A stretch of 64,000 nt of DNA from Felis catus (lineage: Eukaryota): contig NC_058368.1 of the NCBI RefSeq assembly GCF_018350175.1, positions 196,604,001 through 196,668,000 of the forward strand, written 5' to 3'. The notes below the pieces were generated by a model. It made no database searches, had not been told where the DNA came from, and saw only the letters and a list, made by a program, of their open reading frames with translations. Of the stretch, positions 41,600-53,600 are shown piece by piece (within the stretch, counting starts at the first letter, position 1; each line of letters starts with the position of its first letter). A program made the position numbers and the translations under genes.

Positions 41600-41747
41600 G
41601 AATTCTCCCGTTTCCATGAAGAGATCACTCCCATGCTGGATGGGATCACCAACAACCGCAAGGAGTGGAAGGCGCTCGCGGATGAGTACGATGCCAAGAT
41701 GAAGGCGTTGGAGGAGGAGAAGCAGAAGCAGCAGGCAGGCGCGCAAG
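41600..41747 (+). CDS. PDE6A: PDE6A exon 21, [49 protein letters not shown]
   Basis: ttccag|GAA, G|gtctgt; 148 bp; phase 1 fits exon 22. Confidence 0.94.
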
Positions 41748-42834
41748 GTCTGTGGACGGGAGACGAGGAGCCCTGTCCCCACCCACTAAACACTCACAGC
41801 CCGGTCGCAGGGCCCCATACGTGTGGGCCCGTCCAGGCGTCCCCACCTCCTCTGATCGCTCTCATTCTGCATTTTGGGGCGCTGAGGCTTGCTGACATGA
41901 AGTACCATGGCCAAATCATACAGTTGGTAAGCGGCAGAGCCTCGTTCCCGAGACTGAACCTTCTACCAAGGATTTCCGGCTGCCCCCCAACCAGTGTAGG
42001 ACAGATTCCAATTCCAGGGCTGTGGACATAGAGCCCTACCCAGGGGCAAGGGAGAAAACCTTTGAAGGAATTTTAGGGGCCCTATTTCTGACTTTCTGTC
42101 TGATGTTTGAGTAGCAGCACGAGCCCTTTCTTGCACACTCCCGGTGATGGAGGGCTCACTATCATGCATAACATCCTCATTCCGTATCAGTGTTAGAAAG
42201 CTCTTCCTTGAACCACAATTCTCCTTGTGGAAGCCTCCACCTGGTGGCCACAGCCCTGCCTTCCAGAATCAAGTGGGATGTTTGCTCCAGCCCTTCCCAA
42301 CTGAGAGCCATTCTCCCTCCCTCCAGCCATTTCCTTTACTGATTGTGTGGGTCCAGTTCCCTCGTGAGACATGACATGTAGTCCTGGCCCCCCTCTGACT
42401 TCCCTCCTCTGCACACCTGCCCCTCTGCCCACCTTGGTAACGCGGACACTGTCATGGCTCCAGTTCTGCTCGGGGCATCGTGGGGTGATTCTAACCTGGT
42501 GGCTGCAAATGTGGGGCTACCATTTACGTTTTGCAAGCCGTGCCGTCTGCACGGCCCCAGTGTCCTATCTGTGACAGTCATCATAGATTTGTACGGTTAT
42601 TACAATTTTCCAGAAATGGCAGTAAAGTGTCCGGAGGACGAGGCATCTTTTTCTCATTTGCAAATTATCTTTTGGGCTAGCGGCAGCTCTGTGCAAACTC
42701 GAAGCCTGCAGATGTCTTTTGTTTGGCCTGCATTCTGTTCGCGTGAATTCGCTGTCCGCGTTTTAAAAGTGGGATATTTCCGATTTTGAACATCCAAATC
42801 TCCAACATGTCTTTAAGAAAAAAAAAATGTATAG

Positions 42835-43047
42835 GGGGCGCCTGGGTGGCGCAGTCGGTTAAGCGTCCGACTTCAGCCAGGTCACGATCTCGCGGTCCGT
42901 GAGTTCGAGCCCCGCGTCAGGCTCTGGGCTGATGGCTCAGAGCCTGGAGCCTGTTTCCGATTCTGTGTCTCCCTCTCTCTCTGCCCCTCCCCCGTTCATG
43001 CTCTGTCTCTCTCTGTCCCAAAAATAAATAAACGTTGAAAAAAAAAA
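42835..43047 (+). mobile_element. Young felid SINEC_Fc-type SINE
   Basis: ggcgcagtcgg and cttcagccaggtcacg diagnostic text; CpGs intact; TSD aaaaaaaaatgtata. Confidence 0.93.
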
Positions 43048-43427
43048 TGTATATATCAGTATTTGGCCACACCAGTCTGCTTTTCTGCAGGACAAAGATT
43101 AGCTGGAGCTGAGTGGCAAATGCCCCCTTTAGACAGGATAGGGGATCGCTCTGGTTTGCCACCGTCTCAACACCACCCACTGCTGTCTCCCAGACAGCGT
43201 GTCGAGTGTTGGTCATTTATCATCACCATAGTGGTTCCCTTTTTCTTAGTGTAGAGAAACGGCCTTGGTTCCTCGGATTGTCCTGACACGTGGCTCGCCT
43301 TCTGCATGTGTGGTTAGTTACCTGTTGGCCTCCGAAAGCCCCCGAGTTTGCAACTCTTGGTCTAAACCAGGGCGAAAGGGAAGCGCGCGCCTCCTCTCAC
43401 CCGGTGTATTCTCTTTCTTGTCCACAG

Positions 43428-43507
43428 CGGCGGCGGGAAATCAGCCCGGGGGCAACCCCGGTCCAGCAGGGGGCGCACCGGCATCCAAGTCCTGCTGCAT
43501 CCAGTAG
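43428..43507 (+). CDS. PDE6A: PDE6A exon 22 coding part, AAAGNQPGGNPGPAGGAPASKSCCIQ-stop (CAAX prenylation motif)
   Basis: ccacag|CG acceptor; TAG at 43505-43507; CCIQ is the PDE6 alpha C-terminus. Confidence 0.97.
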
Positions 43508-43794
43508 CCCAGCCGGGCATCAGCTGACCAGAATGGTCCCACCCTCCTGGAAAGAGATTCCCCCAAGCCGGCGGAAACCCAAAAACCTTCTTGAGAAGTA
43601 AAAGAGTCCTAGGACTTGAAAGCGGAACGAGAATTTAGCTTACATCCTATCTAGTGGTTTTTCTTTCCATCATTTTTTTTTTTTTCAGTTTTGAGTACTT
43701 TTCTCTTGCGCGAAAACCAATCACCCATCCTTTTCCATTTCTTTCGCATTTTTTCCCTTAGCTGAAGTCATTTTTCTTTTCAGCTTGATGGTAT

Positions 43795-43908
43795 TTTGTT
43801 TTTAAGTTTACTCATTTAAGTAATCTCTACCCCCCATGTGGGACTCGAACTCACAACCCCAAGATCAAGGGTCTTCTGCTCTTCAGACTGCGCCAGCCAG
43901 GGACCCCT
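43795..43908 (-). mobile_element. Short old Can-SINE in the PDE6A 3'UTR
   Basis: aatctctacccccatgtgggactcgaactcacaacc...agccagggacccc. Confidence 0.75.
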
Positions 43909-44055
43909 TACCTGAAGTATTTACCAGCACATTTCAGACGTATCATTTCGCTCCTCCATTACACATCTTTAAAAACATCCGGGCGTTTTCTAATATAACC
44001 CCATCATTATCACATGCAGCGAATGAACACCTGATATCGAGGGGTGGTCGATGCT

Positions 44056-44442
44056 GTGATGAGCTGTGCAGACCCTTTCCTGAAGAGTAAAGGACGTGCG
44101 GTCCCCACAGCTGTCCCTCGGAGATTCCCGCAGCTGCAGGGAGATCCTTGACCCAAGGTCATGGCCTTCCCCGGATGGCCTACACCCATGACAGATCTAT
44201 GCCAGGTGTTAAGGCCTGGCCGTGTTGGCCCAACCCAGGACAACTCCACAGGGCCATTCCAGTTCCAGGACTCTCGGTGGGGTCACCACGGCCGTCACCG
44301 GGGCTCCGTCACAGCTCGGCCTCTCCCTCTGCCCATTCCCGCTCCCTTCCCTGCCTCAGGTGTTGGTCCCGTGGGCACCCCTTAATAAACATCCTGCAAA
44401 GACCACTGCGGAGGCTGCTTTCTGGGGAACCCAACTGATCAC
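44056..44442 (+). mobile_element. ERVL solo LTR (LTR16-like)
   Basis: ggcccaacccaggacaactc...taataaacatcctgca...ctggggaacccaactgatcaca resembles the LTR16 3' end. Confidence 0.65.
44384..44389 (+). terminator. Candidate proximal PDE6A poly(A) signal AATAAA, inside an ERVL LTR
   Basis: First AATAAA I found after the PDE6A stop codon; usage not shown by the sequence. Confidence 0.45.
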
Positions 44443-44528
44443 ACCCATCCTTCATTGCCTCTCCCCTGCTGTCACACAAACGTCTTTATTAGTTGGTTTG
44501 TCCAAACAAGTTTCACACGTTTAAGTGG

Positions 44529-44744
44529 TTTTTTTTTTTTTAAGTTTATTTATTTTGAGAGAGAGAGAGAGAGTGCAAGCAGGGTAGGGACTGAGAGAGA
44601 GAGAGGGAGAAAGAGAATCCCAAGCAGGCTCCACGCTGTCAGCACAGAGCCCGATGCGGGGCTCGAACTCACGAACCGTGTGATCGTGGCCCGAGCTGAA
44701 ATCAAGAGTGGGACACTTAGCTGACTAAGCCACCCAGGTGCCCC
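44529..44744 (-). mobile_element. Can-SINE
   Basis: TSD caagtttcacac. Confidence 0.92.
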
Positions 44745-44889
44745 ACAAGTTTCACACTTTTCAAGTTTAGATGTCACTAAACAGGTGGGTCCTGAATCCT
44801 CATCTTTTAACTCTCAAGCTAGATGTTCTGCTTTCCGGAAATTGACCCTCTCAGAGCAGCGGTCTTTAAAGAGACATGTCCCTAGGCAG

Positions 44890-45300
44890 GCCACATGTAG
44901 TGGTTAAGTGGCAGGGCAAAGAGGGGAGGTGTCACCCTGGAAATACACCCGCTGCTGCCGGTCCTGGCTTTATTCCTTGGGCAGGTTCCCTCCATTCTTC
45001 CCAGCCTCAGCCCTCCCCGTCTGCCAACTGAGGGTCACAGTCCTCGCCACACCTCTCATAGGGCTCTGGTTAGCACCAAGGGAACCACATATAAGGACTG
45101 CACCTTATGTTGAATTAAGTGCCTCCTGTGATGTCCCGGGTACTGTTCACGGTCCAATTTCATCCTCCCAACGCTACAGGGTAGAGACGATCGCTAGCCC
45201 CATTTATCACAGGATGAGGATACTCAGAGAGGTTAAGAAACCTGCCCAAAGACGACCAGCTGGTACGAGATGGAGGGTAAGACCCAAAGCCAGACAGCTG
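44890..45300. mobile_element. Two MIR fragments in opposite orientation
   Basis: cagcctcagccctccccgtctg and gatgaggatactcagagaggttaag MIR-core motifs. Confidence 0.55.
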
Positions 45301-46097
45301 TCACTACCCTCCTGGCTTGTGACCCATTTTCCCTGCACCATCCTGCTTCTGACCATCAGCTCCTTTAAAACATAAGGGACCTGAGTTCACCTAGGCAATT
45401 CATCTTGCCTCATACTCAGGGAAACCAGGGGCCAAAGAGATGGCTTGTCGAAGTTTGCACAACACAGATGTGGCAGAGTTGCGTCTCAAATGTAGGTCTC
45501 GAGCCTCTAAATCTCCTGGGCTATTTCTGGCACCATCGAATGCATCCTTGAGGGCATTATTTCCGTGACTCTGTGGCTCGGGGGCCTCCCTAGCTGTGTG
45601 TGCAGTCATCAGGCCATGGATAGGATCCACTCACGTGTCCATTCAGAAACTCCTGACTAATAGGGCTGGGCACCCTGCCATGAATAGAGAAGCAGGCCTG
45701 CTTTCCTGGATTTTACCATCCAGCAAGGGGGCGACAGCTTCTGAGCGATCACGCACACGGAAAACCTCTCTAAAGACTAACTCAAGTCACAGAAGCCTGC
45801 TGCTAAGGGGAAACATCCCCGTTCATCTGAATGGGAAATAATTGCGATGTGTTCCTTTCCGACTGCAGAAATCCAAACCGTTTCCAGATGGAGAAAATAA
45901 ATCACCTCAAAACGAGAGCGAGTGTATGTAGGAAACAAACAACTTGAAACCAGTTTGCACATAACATAGAATGGAATGGCTGATTGTACTTGGTCTTGGG
46001 TACGTGTGATTTTCTTCACCAACGTCTCAACCCTTTGGGGGCACATCAATATCCACGGGTATCTTGCACTTAAACTGCACTTAAAACATAAAGTTAA

Positions 46098-46314
46098 GGG
46101 GCGCCTGGGTGGCTCAGTCGGTTAAGCGTCCGACTTCGGCTCAGGTCATGATCTCGCGGCTCGTGGGTTCGAGCCCCGTGTCGGGCTCTGTGCTGACAGC
46201 TCGGAGCCTGGAGCCTGCTTTGGATTCTGTGTCTCCCTCTCTCTGCCCGTCCCCTCGCTCGTGCTGTCTCTCTCTCCCTCAAAAATAACTAAACGTTAAA
46301 AAATTATTAAAAAA
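46098..46314 (+). mobile_element. Can-SINE
   Basis: Consensus head, body, tail. Confidence 0.92.
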
Positions 46315-46909
46315 GAGTAAATAAAGGTAAAGCAGTTTTAGGGCAAAATAAAAGCGACCCCCGAGAAAGCATGAAACGGAGGACATCCAAGACAGAGGGT
46401 CTTAGAAGACGCCGTTTCTTCACCGCCCTTGCTGGAAGTGAGCAAAGGAAAACATTTCAAACTCACCCAAATGAAGCACACAATTCGAGTCTGTTCTTCA
46501 TATCCTCTGACCAGAAACTTTGTTTTTAACCAGAAACCGTACTGTTGTCGTCCGTCGGTGAGGGTTTTTGCTTGAAAACGTAATGTCAAAGTATCTCCTT
46601 CAGCATGTGTCATTAGTGAGCTTGTGTGGAAAAGTTGATACAGCCAGACAAGGAGGTCCTTGTTCAGAAAGCGGGAGAGCGTTCTAGAAGTCCTGGCAAA
46701 AAGCTGGTCCTGGAATGACTGTTGTGGGAGACTGAGTCTGAATGGTTTGTAAGAGCCATGAGATGTGCTGTGAAGGAAGGAAACGTGACCCCAGAGAGTT
46801 TTGGGGGGCTTGAGGGGCACACCTGACCCCGGTCCTCTCTGAGAAAGCGACCGTGGAACTAGAATCCGTTTCCCATTTAGTGGCCAGGGTCTCCCTCAAC
46901 GAGCACGCA

Positions 46910-46915
46910 AATAAA
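46910..46915 (+). terminator. Candidate distal + strand poly(A) signal AATAAA
   Basis: AATAAA followed by GU/U-rich ctgtgggtggtgttttcttttt. Confidence 0.35.
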
Positions 46916-46978
46916 GACACATCTCACGGGGGCTGTGGGTGGTGTTTTCTTTTTAATCTCCATAGTGTATTTGTTCAG

Positions 46979-46984
46979 TTTATT
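46979..46984 (-). terminator. PPARGC1B distal poly(A) signal AATAAA
   Basis: TTTATT on + strand at the end of an AU-rich block, ~7.4 kb from the stop codon; consistent with the long PGC-1beta mRNA as I recall it. Confidence 0.7.
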
Positions 46985-47548
46985 TATAAGCAGATCACTT
47001 CACTATTTACAGTACATGAGCATAGAGATTCTACAGTTTTTGTGATGTAAACAATAACTCCATAGTAGGAGTCTGAGAAAAGAAGCCAGTTCTGAAGTAT
47101 TTACAGACGTTAAAATAGAACTTTATACTCACGAAAGAATAATACATAGAGCAATTTGGTTAAATTATCTATGAAACTATAGAATCTGACAATGTACAAA
47201 TACAGGAAAACAGTTTCTCATTTAGAAGGTGAGACAGATAAATCACACCGGAAATAAAATAGGGACCATGACAACCACAATAATTAAAAGCAAAGAAGGT
47301 TTCTTCCTTGCCTCTTACAGATAAAGTATTTATATAAATAAGGACACAACCCAACGAAATGGAAAAAATATATAAAAATCCTCTACCAATTAAAAAAAAT
47401 AGCAAAACTAAAAACTCGATTCTCAATCATTAGCAGTGTCCTTTAAAAAATTAAAATTTAGCTTTCTATTATAAATAACAAAGCAGATGTGTCCCTCTGT
47501 GTAGGTGAAATTCTTGCACCTTTCTCAAGAAATGCATCAATGTAATTC

Positions 47549-47596
47549 CACACATACACACACACACACAGGCGTGCACACGTGCAGACAGACAGG

Positions 47597-47630
<34 letters not shown>

Positions 47631-47653
47631 TACACACCTATACGCACACACAC
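47549..47653. repeat. Compound (CA)n repeat, (UG)n on the PPARGC1B mRNA
   Basis: Interrupted CA runs. Confidence 0.85.
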
Positions 47654-50600
47654 AGCCTTGCGCTCATGCACCCCAGGCTGTAGTTACCTTGTTGAACTTC
47701 CTAATAAATAATGCCCCCTACGGTAGTACCCCTGGGGATGCCCAAACCTGACAAGTTTAGCCATTCCCTGGTTTAACCCTGTCACAGAGCCGGGGAAAGC
47801 CCTGGCTCCCTATTGCTCAGAATTCTCTAGGCTGCATGGTCACACCAAGAGAAAAGGATTTGAGTCCAAGATTTGGAAATGCTGGAAGGGACCATAGGGA
47901 CCACCTCGCCCAGTCGATTAAGGCTAGCTACAGACACAGTCTTTTAGAAACCTGGGGTCGGGGAGAGGGATCTTGAGTTGATTTCAACATTAGCAGCTGC
48001 CTCTGGAGGAAGCCGACGCTCAAAGCCAATGCTAATACCGCGGCACGAGGGGGTGGGTGTGAATTTCCAGAGCGGACGGCACCAAGCCAGACTTCTGGAT
48101 GGTCATGGCCTCCAGAAACCATCCGGAAATCCAAGCGGTCCACCTCCCTGTCCCGCTGACCACCGTGACCACACTCCCCTGGAGATTTCCAACCTGTTTC
48201 CATTGGAATCAGAACACCCCTCAAGAAACAAAGTTGGGGAGAGTTTATGACTTTTTATTCCTAACACAAAAACACTCGACAAGAGTTTGAAATACAAAAC
48301 ACAAACACAAACAAACAAACAAAAAAACCTGTTTGGCTATTCAGTGGACCGTATCCAAGGCCATGGCCAGCCCCCTCCCCCCCCCCCGCCCCGCCCCCCC
48401 AGTCTCCTCACACGCAACCTCTTTGCTCATCCCGAGGGTACAGGGCGGGCCACCCAGCAGAGGTTCGCTTAACAAGGTCAGCAGCTGGGATGCCAGTATT
48501 GCAGTTACAGCAAACCCCTCCCGGGCACCCGGACACAGGGTCCACTCCTGTCTCCTTTGCCCACAGGATAACTAGTGTGCTTCTCGGTCTGTGCCAGAGT
48601 CTGCTAAGCGGTTGCTTCTGCAGTCTTCTGACTGGCGTGACACTGGGCTCTAAACACATAGACAGTTCACTCAGGCCATTACACAGAATTCCCAAAGTTG
48701 GTGCTGCACAGCAAGGGGGCCGAAAGGATTTATTTGCCTTCCATCTGGGAAGCTGGTGGGTACAGTCTTTGGCCACTAGAGGGCGACCAGACGTCGATAA
48801 GGCAAAGTGCTGAGGTGGAAGCCGACCAATCCCTTCAAAAGTCACCCATAAAGCAAGGCTGGCAAAGGGGAAGAAGAGGCTCTTTGAGGCTCCCTTGCAG
48901 GCTCCTTTGACAAAACACGCAGCACAGAGCGGGTTCTAGCTACATAAACACGTCTTTCGTGGCGTTGCTCTGCCCGGGGACTGACCACCTACAAAACCGT
49001 ATTTTCCGCGCCCCCCGGGGTGGGGCAGTCGGACCGCCCTGCTGCTTCCAGATGTGCAAGGCATTCTGACGAAACAGAATATCTGAAAATCCGTCCCCCG
49101 AGGTCTCAAAACCTCAGCCACCACTGCTGTATCACTAGAGAAACAAAAAGCAGAAGCTGCCCTAAACACATGCAGTGTGATCGATGCCTCCTGTCGCCCC
49201 GTATGTTTTACAATCATTTGAAGGAAACGTGTGAAAAGTGCCTAAGTTAAGCTCTTTTGAAAAAACAAGTGTATTGCTAGTATTGTCTGAGAGCAAGAGA
49301 GAAACAGCCAAGCGGTCACAACATTCGGATTAAAAGCTGTTCCGCGGGGACGATGACAACGAGGCCGATGGGAGATGTGACATCGCCACCCAGCCAAGTC
49401 GGGGTTGAACTTCTCACCATCCCCACGAGAAACTATGGCTTAGATCTGTCCTGGGGAGCTGGCCTCCTCATACAAGGTAACTCGGCCAGGACCATGTGGG
49501 TTCGAGTCTGCTGCTGGTTGGTTACCTGGCAGAGAACTCGCACCCTGAACACGAGCTGGGCGCGGCCAGAGGATGGGACCCGGTTCACGGGTGAGTGACG
49601 GGTTCCTGAGGCTCCCGGCTGGTAACCTGGGCCTAGCGGGTTCGAAAGGGACTTGAGTGCTCATTCCATCCAATATTCTCATCCGTTAGATGAGGGAACA
49701 GAGGCCCCGGATCACACAGCAAGTAAGAAACATCAGGTTTCTCACTGAGATGGCTTATAGTTGAATGACTTGCTCTGTAAACCCATTTGATGTCAGCTGG
49801 GCTGTTTCAACTTTTTATACATATATAAAAATAGGTACCAAAATCTAAACTCACCGTTCCCCATCTCTAGGGCCTCCAACAAAAGGGCCAGCAAAGGGCT
49901 GGCCTTTCCTGCTGCTATTTAGGAAGGCCATCTCTCTCCTCCCTCATACCAGCCCCACTCCCGACCCCATCCCAATCCCTGGGAGAGTACCTCACTCAAG
50001 CCAAAGGAGACCCATCTTTGCCAGCGTAGAAACATGGAGCCAGGCTGAAGGGTTGTGGTTTTCTCAAAGTGCTTTTATTGGTTCAATGCAAAGTCAGCCT
50101 CTGCCTACTTCCTGGACGTCCTGCAGCCGGCTCCCAGGGGTCTCCCCACACCCAGCGTCTGTTTTGGGCCACGTGGGCTTCCCAGCTCCCGAGCTCTCCC
50201 TCCATTTACCCTGTACCTCCGGACTCAGCAAACAGCCCCGGAGCCCTGTCTGCCCCGCGGGCAAACACCCCGGGGACTTGACTTGGGGACCGGCTTAAAC
50301 ATATTGCACATAAGCACTAGCTGCTTTCCTTCCGCCCCGGTGGGAAGGGGTGAGGGGGTCCCTCTTCTTTGGCCAACAAAACCATGAGGTTCACTTTATT
50401 TGCTACCGCACACGCGATTTCTTCCCTTAGATCTGAGGGTAGCTGCTAGATCTCAATGCTAAGAAAAACACTGCCGTTTTGATGTGAGTCAGATCAACCA
50501 ATCCTCCAGGGCTGATTCCGCTTCACAGCCGGGACGGCCCATCTCTCAAGCTTCAGGCTCAGCTGTGATTTCAACTGAGCCCAAGGCTTGGGATGAGGGT

Positions 50601-53600
50601 CTCACCTGTCCATGCAGAAGGACCGTGTGTCAACACCCTCCCTGCCGCCCCCAGCCGCCACTTGCACGGTGGCCTCGGCACGCATGTTGCACATGCCTAG
50701 AAGACACTGCTCTCAACACATCAACAAGCAGAGGCTTTATGCAACAAGAGACCTCTTAGTGCACCTTTTCCTGCGTCAGGACTTGGGCGCCGAGTGTTTG
50801 CAGCTCAGAGCTCTCCTCCCTTCCTCCTCCTGCCCCCAGAGCCCCGGAAGCCCTGCCTCTCCCCTGAGCACAGTCACCACGCAGCACTGCAAGACCTCAC
50901 GGCGGATGCAGACCCCTAACTCGTGCTCTTAGACCAGTTTCCTGGCTTGGGAGCAAGATGTGAGGGGCTACGGGGGGTGGGGGCCTTCTCTGCACTCCAT
51001 CCACTCATATTCTTTACCTCTTTGATGCATTTTCCTTCGATCACCAGAACCCCCAAGCGTGAGGATTCTGATTCAGCCTTGTACCGACTGAGGAAGGAGA
51101 TGGAAGAATTCCACTTAGCGGTTGGATCGGACATTTTTGCAAACACCAGCACAGCACAGGGACGGACAGGACAACCTGCCCGGCGTGGGCAGCTGTCGAC
51201 ACGGTCTACAGTAAGCTTTTATGGCAATCACATGTAAACATCATCCAGAGCAAATACGAGGACAGAGCTACGATGAGATGGTTGCCAATAGCAGCTGCTC
51301 CCTCTGGGTTACTCCTTAATGTGGTGGGCAAGAGACCAAGGTTGCCTGGTTTTCCTGGAGGAACCCCGGAGTCTCCTTGGTTAATAATACACAGCACCGA
51401 ATGAGTCGTCCAGATAGAGGTTATCTGCAGGGTTGGTCAATTTTAGAAGAACTTGCAGCCTTTTGTGGACGGGATGGCAAGCAGAAACCCTGCGGGATGC
51501 TCTCGGCAGACATCCTCTCCCGCCAGCGGCCAGCCCTGACTTTAGGCACGTTACCTCCCAACGCCGTGCGCAGATCTCGACTCTGCTCAAGGGCCAGTAT
51601 CTAAGTAACCTCAAGGGTCCTGTGTTAACCTGACTGGGAAGGGCAGCCTCGGCTGACCCAGAAGACAGGAGAGAGAGACTGGTCTTGTATGTAGGAGCGG
51701 CTTAGGCAACCTCCAGGCCAACTCTTCCTGGTGCAGAAGGGTGGGGGAGGGACTCTGTGACTTAGCAAGGTCACAAAGCAAGTTCTTGGTGGAGCCAGGC
51801 CTCAACCCAGCTCTCCAGACTCTGAATCTAGAGTTCCTTCCTATTGGCTTCCACAGGATAAAACCTCAGCATACTCCTTGGTGCAAATCAGGACGCAGTG
51901 GGGGCAGCAGACAGATTTAAATTCTATTCTATTGCATTCCATAACCATTTATTTATGTGCCTACTGTATGCTAGGCAGTGAATAGCTATTAAAGGAATTT
52001 ACAATGTTCAGGTCTGTGCTGTGGATAGTCCCTTTCTTGGTTCATCCTCACAAACCCCGCCTCCCTCAAACATTTCATGTCCGCTATTCCATTCGCTCCC
52101 CCCACTCAAGTGGGGGTCATGTGTCACAGTATTATTGCAAGTCCTGTGCCAACGAATGGCCTTAGGGGGATTTTCTCTCACGGATCAGGACGCGATAGGG
52201 ATGGGCCGACGTGAAACCCAGCCACCGTTTGGTTCTGTATAATGGGAACCTTTCGAAGATCAGACCAGGTTAAACTCTGATCCGTTAGTAATGGCTGCCC
52301 AGAGCACTGTGTTGAGGATTCTAATAGTTAGTATGACCAAGCTCAAAGAACATGAGTGCTGTGGTCGATTAGTTATGTCTGCCACTGGCCAAGGAGGTGG
52401 GAGTAGTGGTATATGTGCCATACATGTATCTGCCATCCTGAGCTAGATCCCACCTTCACAGAAGCTAAGACTCTCAGAGCCGGCAGGAACCTTGGAGATC
52501 AACTTGCCTACTTCCCCTCAGTCCATTTTAGAGAAGAGAATGTGGGGGCCCAGAGCGGTCAAGTGACTTGATCCCCAGGAGCTCAAATTCCCTATTCTTT
52601 CTAAAGCCTGTTTCCTCCGGTCTTCTCTGTGGGCTGGGAGTATTCTCACCTCCCAGGACAAGCTCACTTTCCCAGTATACCTACTAAGGTACTTGATAAT
52701 CTTTAAAAAAAAAAAAAAAAATCAACTACCAGTTCTCAAAGTTCTAAAGCCTGGCAGTAGCAAAAGATTAAATTAGCTTGTTTAGTTTCATGAGTCAATT
52801 TCAAACACTGTTAAAGCAAGCAGGACTTTTTCTCTTTCCTTTACTTTTCTTTTTAAGACAGAAACTTCCCAAGGGACCCTGATATATGAACGAGATTAAA
52901 CTGGAGCCACTCTGTCTGAGGCAGAAGCAATGAGCTCACACCCAGCCTGGCCACGCTTTCCCAAGGCACCTGCACAACATCCAAGCTGGACACGGCTTGA
53001 CATCACTCAAGAACATCAAGTTTACGGTAAAGCCCAATCAGAATGTGGTCTGGATGGCAAAGGACCTTGGAGATGGTCTTATCCACCCTCGGTCCTCACA
53101 TGCCCTCCTGTTACCCCTGCCCCATCCACCGAAGCGACTTTCCAGGTGAGGGAAAGGGAAAGACAAGCCGGTCGGAGTGGGATGGGTTGGTGGCTGGCCC
53201 CAGCAAGGACGGCTGCTTTTGGATCACCCTGCCTGTGCCATCCCAGGCGTGTCACTGAAGCTCTCATGGCATGTCCACAGAGCCCTCTGGATCCAGACGC
53301 AGGTCCAGGTCTAAACCCGCCTAATCCTGGCAAGGCAGTTGGTGACTTAACCCTCAAAGTGAGCCCGGAGACTTCTAGTCTGGGGCCCAATGTCGCTCAA
53401 CTCACCTCTACCAGTCCCTGTGACTTTAGATCTTTACCCCACTACTGCAGGAGCATGGGACCAGGAATCAGGAGGCCTGGGCTGGGGCACCGCGCTGCCC
53501 TCCCACTGGCCGTGGGACCTCGGGCCCGTCATCTCACCTCTTGGGGCACTGCCCGCCTCACCTGGGAAAACAAGAACCGTGCAGCTCACCCCTGCCTTCC

